Source of the DNA: Eledone cirrhosa
Taxonomy: Eukaryota
NCBI GenBank assembly: GCA_964016885.1
Contig: OZ024742.1
Location: forward strand, 206,956,001 to 207,020,000
Direction: 5' to 3'
DNA: 64,000 nucleotides
Part shown: piece by piece, positions 13,855 through 26,243 of the stretch
How positions within the stretch are numbered: the stretch's first letter is position 1
Layout of the letters: every line of letters starts with the position of its first letter
Made by a program: the position numbers and the translations under genes
Notes under the pieces: model-generated
What the model was told of the DNA's origin: nothing
What the model saw: only the letters and a program-made list of their open reading frames with translations
Databases searched by the model: none

Positions 13855-14600
13855 AGGGAGAGGAAAGTCAATTAAATCACTGCCAGTACTTCACTGGTAC
13901 TTTATTTTATTGACCCTGAACAGAAAATTTGGCTTTGGTAAACAGCAACAACAAATAGAACCAATTGATGAGTAGGATGCCTGTCATGGAGATACTATGC
14001 TGACTCTTGCTTTAACAGTGAACATGACCTTAAAATGCTAGTAATAATAGTAATGTTTTATATAATAATGGTTTCTTTTATAGGCACAAGACAGCAATTT
14101 TGGGGGAGGGGAAAGTCAATTAAATTGACTCCAGTACGTGACTGGTACTTTATTTTATTGACCCTGTAAGAATGAAAGGCAAAGTAAACCTTGGCAGGAT
14201 TTGAGGTTAACTTTGACTTTCATCCTTACGTTTTATATAATAATTGTTTCTACTTTTTGGCACAAGGCCAGCAATTACCCAGTACATTACTGGTACTTTA
14301 TTTTATCGACCTCGTAAGGATGAAAGGCAAAGTTAACCTCGGCGGGATTTGAACTCAGATCATAAAGTTTTATATTTGCCTTTCATCCTTACGTTTTCTA
14401 TAATAATTTTATATAATAATAATAATAATTGTTTCTATTTTTGGCACGAGGTCAGCAATTACCCCAGTGCATTACTGGTGCTTTATTTTATCGACCCCCG
14501 TAAGGATGAAAGGCAAAGTTAACTCAGACCCAAAAGAGCCGTAACTCTATTCTGCAAAGCATGGCATCTGACCTTCTACTGATATTGCCAATCCACCGCC
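13855..14600 (-). mobile_element. Tandem cluster of tRNA-SINE copies/fragments (Meta-like core)
   Basis: Repeated ggcacaaggccagcaatt...actggtactttattttatcgacc...gtaaggatgaaaggcaaagttaacctcggcgggatttgaactc; head at about 14560-14600. Confidence 0.85.
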
Positions 14601-15029
14601 ACATTTTAATATCTATTTTCCCACTCTAGCATGGGTTAGATGGGTTTTCCCATTCTGAGTCAAGTCAAGTAAGATGACCATATCTTGCTAATACAGAACT
14701 GTTTCTGACTTGGTTTCTATGGCTGGATGACCTTCCTAATGCCAACCACATTTAGGTCGTGGACAATAATAATGATAATGATATTTTAATAATCTTGATA
14801 ATAATAATTATTGTTGTTAGTATTATTTGCAGAGAAAATATTTTTGAAGAAGCAAAGAAAAGCATCAACAATTTTTTAAAAAAGATATAGCTAAAAACAA
14901 TGGAAAACAACAATAGAAAATGAGAAATATTATTGATGTAAGAGTTTCTTTCTGGAAACTCCCCTATACTTATAAAGGGTGATGGTGTAGGTTGGACTGG
15001 TTGCAGGAGGAAACATGCTTTCAGGGTTC

Positions 15030-16285
15030 TTATGATGGCAATGGTTATGTGGTGGTGGAGATGGTAGAATTTGTGATGGAGGTTGTTATGTGGATGTGGC
15101 TGTAGTGGAGTGGTGGTGAAGGTTGTGGAATGAATTAATGTTGTTTGTGGTGGCAGTGATGTTGCTGAGAGTGATGGTGGTAGTAGTGTTATATGTAGTG
15201 AAGATGATGTATGTGGTGTTGGTAGTGACAATGTTGTAACAAGGATGTATGTGGTGGTGATGATGGTGGTAGTGATGATACTAGTGATAGTAATGTTGAT
15301 GGGAGTGATGATGTTGATGATGGTGAAGATATTGGTAATAATTGTTTCTACTTTTGGCACAGGGCCAGCAATTACCCCAGTACATTACTGGTACTTTATT
15401 GACCCTGTAAGGAGGAAAGGTATTGGTAAGAATGGTCGGTGGTCAGGATATTGTTGGTACTAGTAATGATGTGTGTGGTAGTGTAAATAGTAGTGTTTGT
15501 GATGATGATGTTGTTAAGTATGTAGCAACCATGATGATGATGATGATGGTGTAGGTGTTGTTTGTGGTGATGGTGTTGGTGGTATTTGAATGCTGGTGTT
15601 GTTGATTATGGTGGTGTTAGTAATGATGATGTTGGTGGTATTTGTAGTGTTGGTTATTACAATGTTGATGGTGATGGTGTTTAGGTTGTTGATGATGATG
15701 GTGAGGGGTCGTTGATGATGACGGTGTTGGGTTGTTGATGATGAGGGGGTTTGTGGTGTATCTTAAATTGGTGTTGGTGGTGGGGCTATTTAGGAAAGGA
15801 TTTCATAAAATGAGATTGAAAGGAAAACAAACTGCCTGCAGAAATGATTGCAATGGGAATTATTGGTTTTGAATAGAAGTTCATGGTGCTACTGTCATTC
15901 TTCATAGAGTTTGTCTATGATAAGAGGAACAGCTGTGCTTTTTGGAACCCCTTTCCATTTCCAACATTAATTCATATGGTAGTGGTGGTGGTAGTAGTGG
16001 TAGTGGTGGTGTTGGGTATGGTGGTGATAGTTCTGATGGTATTAGTGATAGTGTTGTGTTGTTAAAGATTGCAGATATATCGGTGATGGTGTTGGTGGTG
16101 TTAGTTACATTGGTGAAGAAGGTGATGTTGGTAGAGGTGATAGTGGTGAAAGTGACGGGATGTTGAAGATATTCATGGTGGTTCCAGTGATTATTTTGGT
16201 AGTGATGAGGGTGGTCATCGTAATTATAAGGCTGGTGGTGGTGATGATGATAGTGTCATTGTTAGTAGTAATAGATATGGTATTG
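15030..16285. repeat. Low-complexity (GGT/GAT/GTT)n region with an embedded SINE fragment (15335-15420)
   Basis: Degenerate trinucleotide runs; the Val/Met/Thr-rich ORFs are artefacts. Confidence 0.9.
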
Positions 16286-17489
16286 TTGTTTGGTTCTAAT
16301 AGATCAACCCGGATCAAACAGAGCTATGATCAAAATAATTTCAGCCATGACCATCTCATTTTTGTACCGATATCTAATAATAATCCATTAGCGAATATAT
16401 TCTTTCCTTATTTGAGATGGTCACCTTTTTTTAGGCATGGTTTATCTAAGACTATGTCATCCAATGTGGCTTTCCCTCTTTATAAAATAGTTTGGTGTGA
16501 TTTAATGGAGGTTTGGCTTCTATATCTAGCAGGTCCATTTAACATCACAACATAGACCATGCTTGCTTTTAGCAGAGTTCAATCTGTTAAAAGTATTCAG
16601 ACCAGATCTCTGGTTGAAAATATCTTCCTTCTACAACAATCTCCAAAGCCACTGGAAAGGGTCTTGGGCTCTGCCTTTCTTTCCCTGATTAGACAGTAAT
16701 AAAAAGAGAAAAGTTAAAATGAAGTAGAGCATATATATCATCCTCATTGGTACAGTTATGTTGTTTTTGTTTAATCCCAGGTCAGCTCTGGTCAAACAGA
16801 CTTATGATTAAAGGATCACATCTCTATTTCATTTTCAGATACATTTCAGGAACATTCTGTGTGTGAAGTTACTACTTTCCTAACTACCCTGCCACAAATA
16901 AAAAATAAACCTATTTTCTATTTATCAAACTTTGACATTATATTTCAACACACCACTAAATGACCCTAATGTAATTCAAATATAAAATACTTGAGCCCCA
17001 AATTTATATTCTGACACACCCTAAATTCCATCTCCTAAATTAGGTTTCTTCATTCCTCTCCATAACTAAATTACCATTCTTAGCTACCAATCTCAGAACC
17101 TCGCTGAACCCACCCACTACAAATCCATCTGGTGTCATCTCTTTTATCAACAAAAACACTTTGTTGACCTAACTAACAAATCCCGTTCTCTTTACAAAAG
17201 AAAACCTATAGAAAACACCAGCTGTATTAACAAATAAAAATAAATGAAAATAGAAATAACTACTTCTCAAGAAACTCACTCACTTCATACAACCTAATCA
17301 CTCCCAAGCAAAACCTAACATCTATAAATACAACATTCGTTTCTCCAAGGCTGTCTAGGATAAATCAACTGGTCACTGTGATGCAGTGAATCTTCTAGTT
17401 CCAATGATAAATTTTTACTCTAAAAAGGCACTGAGATCTCTCTTTCTTAGATGTAGTAGTGTATATCTGGTTTCTCCTCAAATTTGTAG

Positions 17490-18200
17490 ATTTAGTCTTA
17501 GGTCCTCCTATGCGCTGGGGTATATTGGGCAATGAATCTTCTCCAATTTACAAAATCAGCTGCAGCATCTTGCATAGTTTCCCAGTCCAGCCCAATTCTC
17601 TGGAGATCTTCTTTGAAAGTTGAGTGACAGGTTTTCTTGGGTCTCTCTTTTTTCTGCTTACCACCAAGTGGGATCCATCTCATTGCCACAGTAGAGGGGT
17701 TTCAGTACTCAGACATGCCTAGAATATGTCCAGCCAGTTTCAAGTGCCTTTCAGCAATAGTGTCTGTCAGTAGCCTCTGTTTACTTCTCTTAAGCACCTC
17801 TACATTAGTTATCCAGTCTTGATAAGTGATTTTGGGGGTTTTTCTTAGGCATCATTGTTGAAAAATGTTGAGCTTCTTTAGAATTTTGGCAGTCATTTTC
17901 CCAGTTTCACTAGCATATATGGCAGTTGTGATTATAATGCTGTTGAAGAGCTGCAGTTTGATGAACCTAGAGATTATTTGTGATGACCAAATGCTTTTCA
18001 GGTGCTGAAATACTTCTGGTGCCTTTCAAATTCTGCAGTTTACATCAAGCACAGCGAGGCCTTTATTAGAGATTATGCTGCCCAAATAGGGGAATTGGTT
18101 GACCTCCTCTATTGCCTGTGTTTCAATATGTACTTTCTCAGCAATTTTCTTGCCAAATTGCATCACTTTCGTCTTTTTTCAGTTAATTCTGAGTCCAATT
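17490..18200 (-). mobile_element. RTE (BovB-type) LINE 3' fragment
   Basis: EEVNQFPYLGSII...DVNCRI; MRWIPLGGKQKKERPKKT...WRRFIAQY. Confidence 0.85.
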
Positions 18201-18599
18201 CTGAGGTCTACCGCCACATAAAAGAACTCTCAGTTTATTCCTGTCTTCATTGGTAAGGTTTATTAGGGCCTAGTTACTGGGTTTAAAGAAATCTACAATA
18301 TTTCTCCTTCATCTTCATTTAGGTTCACCACAATTTCTTCTACCTTCAGCCAATCTCTCAAGATATATATTGGATAGGCCTGTGCCAAAAGAGTTTTAGG
18401 GCTACAAATCTTTATGCTTCCATAGTAGAGAGTAGACTCTAATCACTCTAATATATATTGTCCACATTGTAATGTGGTAGGCATTAGGAAGGGCATCCAG
18501 CCTAAGAAACCAAGCTGATAATTATCAGTAGCCATGCAGCAAATAGGGCACCAGATGGAAATTTATCAAAAAGGTATTGGATGAAATTTATCAAAAAGA

Positions 18600-18990
18600 T
18601 ATTTATTTCAACAACTGTTTTGCCATGCTTTTGTTCACTACTTCTGATTCCTCTTCTATCCTGCTTTTCTCTCAATTCACTTATTCTCTATCACTCATGC
18701 ATACTAATCTTGCACATCCAGTAGAATGTATATAATTCAAGTCTTTCCAGCCATTGTAATTTATCTACATTCAAGACCCATGTTTGGCATAACAGCTTGT
18801 ATGCAAGTATCATACAATCCATCCTTCTTTCTGAGTATGAAATTCTGTGTTGCCAGCAGAGGTAACAATTCCCTAAACTTTTTTCACCCTATTCTTACTC
18901 TGGCTACTAGGATTTTGGTTCACCCACCTCTGCTGCTAATATGGTAACAGATGAAAAAAGCTATCAACAACTTCTAGTGAGCCTTTTCTT
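18600..18990 (-). mobile_element. Degenerate RTE fragment
   Basis: Similar to the VARVR.G.KKFRELLPLLAT...LYD.CIQ segment of the other copies. Confidence 0.7.
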
Positions 18991-20582
18991 TCTCAGTTCA
19001 TATCTAATCGAGATGAACTTTCATCCTATTAGGTTTGATGAATAAAGAACTAGTCTTGAACAATGGACTAGTGGAATCATTAAATTGATGAGTGGGAATC
19101 CTTTTGGTATTTGATCTGTCTCTTTATATTTTGAGTTTAAATCCTACCTTAGCCCAACATGAAAGGAATTGAAGCCTCATAATATATACACCTGTTGTTA
19201 GAAATTAGTGTGATCAGCCTGCTGTGATCAGATGATACACGGTGATGATGGATGATGAGAATTTGAAGGATTTTGATGTTGAACAGAACAAGCAAAAATG
19301 ATTTATTGTAAAATGTTTTTCTCTGCTTTGGATGTTGTAATAGGATTCTAATTTTGGATGATTTGTAACGTTTTGTTTTTAACTAGGTGCTAATGTCATT
19401 TTGGATGGTATTAATGGTTTCTGATTTAGACACAAGGCCAACAATTTGGTGGGGAGGAGAAAGTCGATTAAATTAGAATTCAAAGCTTTACCTGTGAGCC
19501 ATCGATTTAGTTAAAGCTGTAACAAAGAGAATGAAATGGAAAGGAATGATTCATCACAGATGGATTAGTGAAAATATTTGAACAGAAGGTGGAATATTGT
19601 TAATATTGGTAATGCAACTCTGATGACTTGTTGCCAAACAGAGAATAAGAAGCATCATTGAGATAATAAAAATATAATATGGGAAAAGAGAGATAGAGAG
19701 AGAGAGAAGAAAAAGAGAAAATATATATAGAAATAGTGAGAGAGAAAGTGAGATATGGAGGCAAAGGAAGGGCAATGTCAAGTGCAAATGCATGCACATA
19801 AGCAGGTGCGTGCATTATTCAGAAGAAAATATTTGCCATGTGCATGCATATGTATGCAGATATATTTTATGTTTATTTTTTATTTAAAAAAAAATTTCTA
19901 AAATATAAATGATTGAATGTAGGAAAGGAGGAGAAAAACAGGCAAACATTCCAGAACTTAATTGAAAAAAAAAAAAGAATTAAGGAATTTTTAAATGATC
20001 AATTTCAAGAGAAAATGAAATTTATTTGTTTGTTTCTTCTTTTCTTTCCCTATTAATTCAACTGTTTATTTTTTTTCATTAATAATTTTTTTACATTTCT
20101 TTTCATTTTATTGTTTTTTTTTATATATTTTTCATAATATTTCACACAACAAATTTTTTTAAAATTTGATGGATGTTTGTTATCAAGAGACAAAAAAAAA
20201 ATTTTCAAAGAAAACAGTTCCATATATTTAACAAAATTTCTTTTCTTTTTACATTTTTTTCTATTCAGACATTAAACTCCCTGATTCAGCAACAAATCTT
20301 TAAAAGTTTGCACTGATTGTAAAGGAATGTGGTATGATAATCAATTTAAAAGGTAGAGATTGTCGTTCAACCGTAAAGAATTGTTTGCTAAACAAAACAA
20401 TCTATTTTGAGATCTTTTTAAAAAATACTCAACAAAAGAAAAAAAAAAACAAATTCAGAGATTTCCAATCTTTAAAAATAAATATATTCTGATATTAGAA
20501 GAATGACTATAAGCTAAATATTTGTAAGTAAATGGTGGACATTTTTACTCCTTGCTGTTGACTATTTAAAACAATATATATA

Positions 20583-20692
20583 TGTGGTTGGTGTTGGGAA
20601 GGAATCCAGCTGTAAAAAACCTGCTAGAGACGCTTCCATGCGAGGGAGACATGGTCTCCCGACCATGGAAGATGGACGTTAAAGGAAGATAT
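20583..20692 (+). mobile_element. Short RTE 3'-end copy, tail-to-tail with the next element
   Basis: Inverted copy of about 20718-20828. Confidence 0.8.
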
Positions 20693-20697
20693 ATATA

Positions 20698-22030
20698 TCA
20701 TCATCATCATCATCATCATCTTCCTTTAACGTCCCTCTTCCATGGTCGGGAGACCATGTCCCCCTCGCACGGAAGTGTCTCTGGCAGATTTTTTACAGGT
20801 GGATGTCCTTCCTAACACTAACCACATTTATAGTGTGGACTGGGAGACTTTTCACTGTGTCTCCTACACGATCACCTTACAGTGTGGACTGTTGTGTCAT
20901 CGACACAGTGGATGGAACGGGATAGGGAGGATGGGGTAGGGTGTGGGGGTGGAGTGTACATTGGGTTAAGTGGTGCCTACTGATTGTAGGTTTGTATGCA
21001 ATGGCAGTCGGGTCTTCTGTACAACTGCATAGCGCCAAATGTCTCGACCCAGTGTCATTGTCTTAGAGAGGTGTAGGTGAACAACCTCATCCCAGGTTTT
21101 TCTTGGTCAACCCACTCCACAGCTTCCATCAATTTTCATTGCCCTGCACTTTTTTATACAGCTGTCGTCTTTCATACGCGTCACATGTCCATACCAACGC
21201 AATCTCCTCTCCAGAACACATTTGATACCTCTTATGCTCAGTCTCTCTCTTAATTTGTTTATGCTTCACCTTTCACGCACATTACTATTACACATCCATT
21301 AGAGCATGCAAGCTTCATTTCTTTCTAATCTATGCAGGTCTTCAGCACACAATGCCCAGGTCTCACTACCGTGTAATATCGCTGTTTGTATACATGCATC
21401 ATACAATCTGCCTTTCAGTTTTAGAGAAAAACACTTTGTGGCCAACAGCGACATTAGGTCTCTGAACTTTTTCCATCCCACTCTAACTCTGGCTACTACA
21501 CTTTCAGAGCACTCCCCTCCACTACTCATTTTGTCACCCAGGTAACGGAAGGTGCCTACTACTTATATAGAACCATCTGGGCAGTTGAAGGAGATAGCAT
21601 CCAGTGGGTCCTTGCTACTTACTGTACCTGAGCATCGGTCACATATAAAATCCACATTTTTAGATAGCTTACCTCTGATACCACTACATCTTTTATGTAC
21701 CCATAGTTTGCATTTGGAATATAGAATGGAGTTTCTGCCAACTCCTTTCTTACACACTGAGCGTGGCCATTTCCAAGAGATTACCTGTGCCCTATTCTCC
21801 TTTCTAGAATCTTAGTCTTAGACAAGTTGACTCTAAGGCCTTTTGATTAAAAGCCATGCTTCCATGTTTGGACCTTCGTCTCTAGTTCAGCCATGGATTT
21901 AGCTATGAGAGTTAGATCATCTGCATATAGAAGTTCCCATGTGCAGCCAGTCTTAAACCCCTTTGTTATAGTCTGTAGGACAATAATAAACAGGAGGGGG
22001 CTAAGAACGGAGTCTGGGTGAACCCCTACT
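20698..22030 (-). mobile_element. 5'-truncated RTE LINE (RT C-terminal half, 3' UTR, (GAT)n tail)
   Basis: VGVHPDSVLSPLLFII, ELLYADDL, CKKGVGRNSI, GRLYDACIQTAILHGSETW; (CAT)n at 20698-20719. Confidence 0.92.
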
Positions 22031-25000
22031 ATTATGCTAAATTCATCCCAAAACTCCGAGTTGGTACCATCAATGTAAGCACAATGAAAGGAAGAGCAGG
22101 AGAAATCGTAGAGATGCTAGAGCGAAAGGAAATTGACGTATGCTGTGTGCAAGAGACTAGATGGAGAGGAGAGTCTGCTAGCGTCCTTGTAGGAAAAAGT
22201 CAGTGCTACACATTTTTCTGTGTGGGAAATGACGATGGGATGGGTGGTGTAGGTATCCTACTAGCTGACAAGTGGGTAGATAAGGTAATCTCAGTGAACA
22301 GAGTGAATGCAAGAATCATTAAACTCAGACTAGTCCTGAATAAAACAATTGCCACAATAACATCAGCTTACGCACCCCAATCGGGGTTGCCAGACGAACT
22401 TAAGGATAGGTTTTACGAGTCCCTAATGCACACTACTGCTTTAACAAACGACAGTGACTTCCTAATCATTTAACGGACACGTAGGTAAACACCATGACGG
22501 CTTCTATAGAGTCCATGGAGGCCATGGGGTTAGCACAAGAAATGAAGAAGGATTCAGGCTTCTAGAATTCTGCGATGCCAATGACATGTCGATATGTAAC
22601 ACAAACTTCAAAAAACCCCGACAACCACCTGATCAGCTATAGATCAGGGGAGAATTCTAGTCAGATAGCTTTTATTCTCATCAGAGGACATGACAGATGG
22701 ACGGTTGTAAACACAAAAGCCTTCCCTAGTGAGGAATGTACCTCCCAACATAGCTTAGTTGTCAGCGACCTCATGGTCAGAACTAGATCTGGAAGCTGAA
22801 AGACCTCAGCCAGTAACAGATTTAAAGATATTTTACTCAACGCCTATGACAGTAAAGAAGAACAGATAAAGAAATTCAATGTAGAAGAGCACTGGGAGTT
22901 CCTAAAAAATAACTTACTAAAGGCAACGGATGAGATCTGTGGCTGGAGTAAGACTACAGGCAGGAAGAGAGTGATTTGGTGGTGGAACAATAAGGTAGAT
23001 GAGGCAGTTAAGGCCAAGAGACAGGCATGGAAAGAATGGAAGAACGGGGGGGAGCAGGGTACATTACATAGATACCAAGAGGGAAGCTAGGCGACAAGTA
23101 TACTTAGCTAGGAGGGAAGCAGAGGATAGAAAATTCAAGCATGTTTTGCAACGTGAGGACCAGCAACAGGTGTTCAAGATTGCGAGGCTGTGTGTCAGAG
23201 AGAATTGTGATGTCATTGGAGAGAAGTGTATCCGGAATGATAAAGGTGAGCTTGCCCTCACAAGTGCTGAGAAGAAAGATGCGTGGAAGAGACATTATGA
23301 GAGATTACTAAATGAGGAGAATGCATGGGAAGAAGAGACCCTACCCCAAGTAGACCCTATAGAGGGACCGGCAGTACAAGTCAGCAGCAGTGTAGTAAGT
23401 AAGGCAATTAAAAATATGAAGATAGGGAAGGCAACCGGGTATAGCTGCAGAGATGCTGAATGCATCTGGGTCAGTAGGTCACACTATAACCACACATATT
23501 GTTAACCAGGTAATACTAGAAGGTGTCATACCAAAGGATTGTTGCAGTAGCATCATTGTCAACTGCTACAAGGGTAAAGGTGATGCACTAGATAGAGGAA
23601 ACTATAGAGGTATGAATCTAATGGACCAGGTCATGAAAGTAACAGAAAGAGTTATAGCACAGTTGATGAGGGACAGAGTGAAACTAGATGAGATGCAATT
23701 TGGGTTTGTGCCAGGAAGATGCACCACTGATGCTCTCTTCCTTGTGAGGCAGTTACAGGAAAAGTACCTAGCTAAAAGTAAGCCACTCTACCTGGCATTC
23801 GTCGATCTCGAGAAAGCCTTTGACAGAGTTCCCCGTGCTATAATCTGGTGGGCTCTTAGAAAACTAGGAGTAGATGAATGGCTTGTGAAAGCTGTACAAG
23901 CCATGTATAGAGGAGCAGTCAGCAAAGTTAGGATTAGCAATGAGTATAGCGTGGAATTTAGCGTACAGTTCAGTGTCCACCAGGGCTCTGTTCTTAGCCC
24001 TCTCCTGTTCATCATAGTCTTGCATGCAATAACGGAGGAGTTTAAGACTGGATGCCCATGGGAATTCCTGTATGCAGATGACCTCGCACATATAGCTGAA
24101 TCTATGGTAGAACTAGAGAAGAAATTCAAAACTTGGAAGCAGGGACTAGAAAGAAAGGGTCCTTGTAAGTAGATGAGAAAACAGAACCCAGATCCCTTCA
24201 GGGAAATGGCCTTGCTCAGTATGTAGGAAAGGTGTAGGTAGGAATTCCATTTTCTGCCCCAAATGCAAATAATGGGTACACAAGAGATGTAGCAGGATCT
24301 CAGGAAGCTTAACTAAGAATGTAGGCTTCACATGTAGCAGCTGTGCTGGGACAGCAAGCAGCAAACAGCCATAGGAAACAAGTACCAACAATCTTTGAGA
24401 GGGCTCTGTAGAAACAGTAGACAGCTTCTGCTACCTAGGTGACCGAATTAGCAGCAGAGGTGGGTGTTTGGAAAGTAAAATAACTAAGGTAAGAACGCGA
24501 TGGAAGAAGTTCAGGGAGCTACAGCCATCGCTAGCTACAAAAAGCTTTTCCCTCAAAATGAAAGGCAGACTGTATGATGCGTGTATACAAAAAGCAATGT
24601 TACATGGTAGTGAGACCTGGGCGCTGACTGTGGAAGACTTGCGTAGAGTAGAAAGAAACGAAGCCTGCATGCTCCGATGGATATGTAATAGTAATATACG
24701 CGAACGGCAAAGCATAAATCAATTGAGAGAGAGACTGAGCATAAGAGGAATCAAATGCTGTGTGCAGGAGAAGCGGTTGCGTTGGTATGGACATGTGATG
24801 CGTATGAAGGATGACAGCTGCATAAAAAGGTGCAGAGCACTAGAAGTTAATGGACGTTGCAGAGTGGGAAGACGCAAGAAGACCTGGGATGAGGTGATAA
24901 AAGCCGACCTTACCCAATTACACCTCTCAAAGGCGATGACACACAACCGTGACCTCTGGCGTCATGCAGTAATACAGAAGACCCGACCCCCCATGGGTAC

Positions 25001-25301
25001 AAGCCGAAGCTGAAGCATATAGACAATATGCGCCCATACCCTCCCACTGGAAAGTGGTCGTGGAGGTGCCACAGCAAAAAAGCAACCAGCCCACACTGTA
25101 ACATGGACGTGTAAGCGCCACGGAAAAAAAGCACCCAGCACTCACTGTAAATGAGGTTGGTGTTAGGAAGCGCATCCAGCTGTAGAAATCAAGCCAGAAT
25201 CAGTTCCCATATGAGCAAGACAATGTCAGACGACCGGACACTACCCACAACAGGACAACCCATCTAACCCATGCTAGCGTGGAAGAAAGGACGTAAAACG
25301 G

Positions 25302-25335
<34 letters not shown>
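22031..25335 (+). mobile_element. Near full-length RTE LINE (APE + RT + C-terminus + 3' UTR), frameshifted
   Basis: LRVGTINV...CVQETRW...YAPQSG; NYRGMNL, FVDLEKAFDRVP, VHQGSVLSP, FLYADDL; RLRWYGHVMR...GRRKKTW; (GAT)n tail. Confidence 0.95.
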
Positions 25336-25349
25336 ATATATATATATGT

Positions 25350-25728
25350 ATGTATTTATTAATATAACAGATTAAAGTTTAAGCAAATAATCTCTCCTTT
25401 CACCCTTTACGGGATTTTCTGTAACTAAAAAAAATTAATCTGTGGATGCAGAAGTAAATATTTCGAAAAATGCTATAACTGAATGAAAACAGGAATACGA
25501 TACTTTGGTTCATGAAGAGGTTCCCGGGAAATGAGCGAAAAAAAACATGTTTATTGTATAAATGGAGTCGTTAGACTAATATTCTATTTAGGAAACCGAA
25601 TGATTCTCATCTCCGGAGTTCAAGAATAATGTAAATAAAGTTGTTAAACGAAAATGACAGAGGTTATTAACAAAGTAAAAGTAAATAATAGTTTAGATTT
25701 AGGCCAGCGGATAAGTATGCGCCAATGA
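25350..25728 (+). mobile_element. Fragment of the 5' region of the 28-29 kb Penelope family
   Basis: Reverse complement matches 29160-29515 and 45290-45650. Confidence 0.75.
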
Positions 25729-26243
25729 TTACATACACATACATATACATACACACACACAAATATACATATATATATATAATAATATACATACATATAC
25801 ACACATATATACAGGCGCGCATACACCTACATGCATGTATATACACATATACATATATATATATATACATATACACATATACATACCCATACATATACAT
25901 ATATATACATACATATACACTCATATACATAGATATATACACACACATAGATATACACATATATAGAGTCATATATACATACATATGCATACGTGTAAAC
26001 GTACACCATACATACACACATAAGTATAAACACGCGCACACGTACGTATACCTACAGGCAAATATATATATATACACACACATACATACATATATATACA
26101 CACACATATATAAAACCATATACATATATACACATACATATACATACACATATATATGCACATATTCACACACATATATATATATATACATATATATATT
26201 TATATATATATATATATACATATATATACATATATATCTATAT
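25729..26243. repeat. Compound (TA)n/(CA)n microsatellite
   Basis: Dinucleotide runs; Tyr/Ile/His-rich ORFs are spurious. Confidence 0.95.

Noticed and set aside
14752-16555. Thr-rich or Val-rich 'mucin/transmembrane' ORFs
   Set aside because: Low-complexity trinucleotide repeats.
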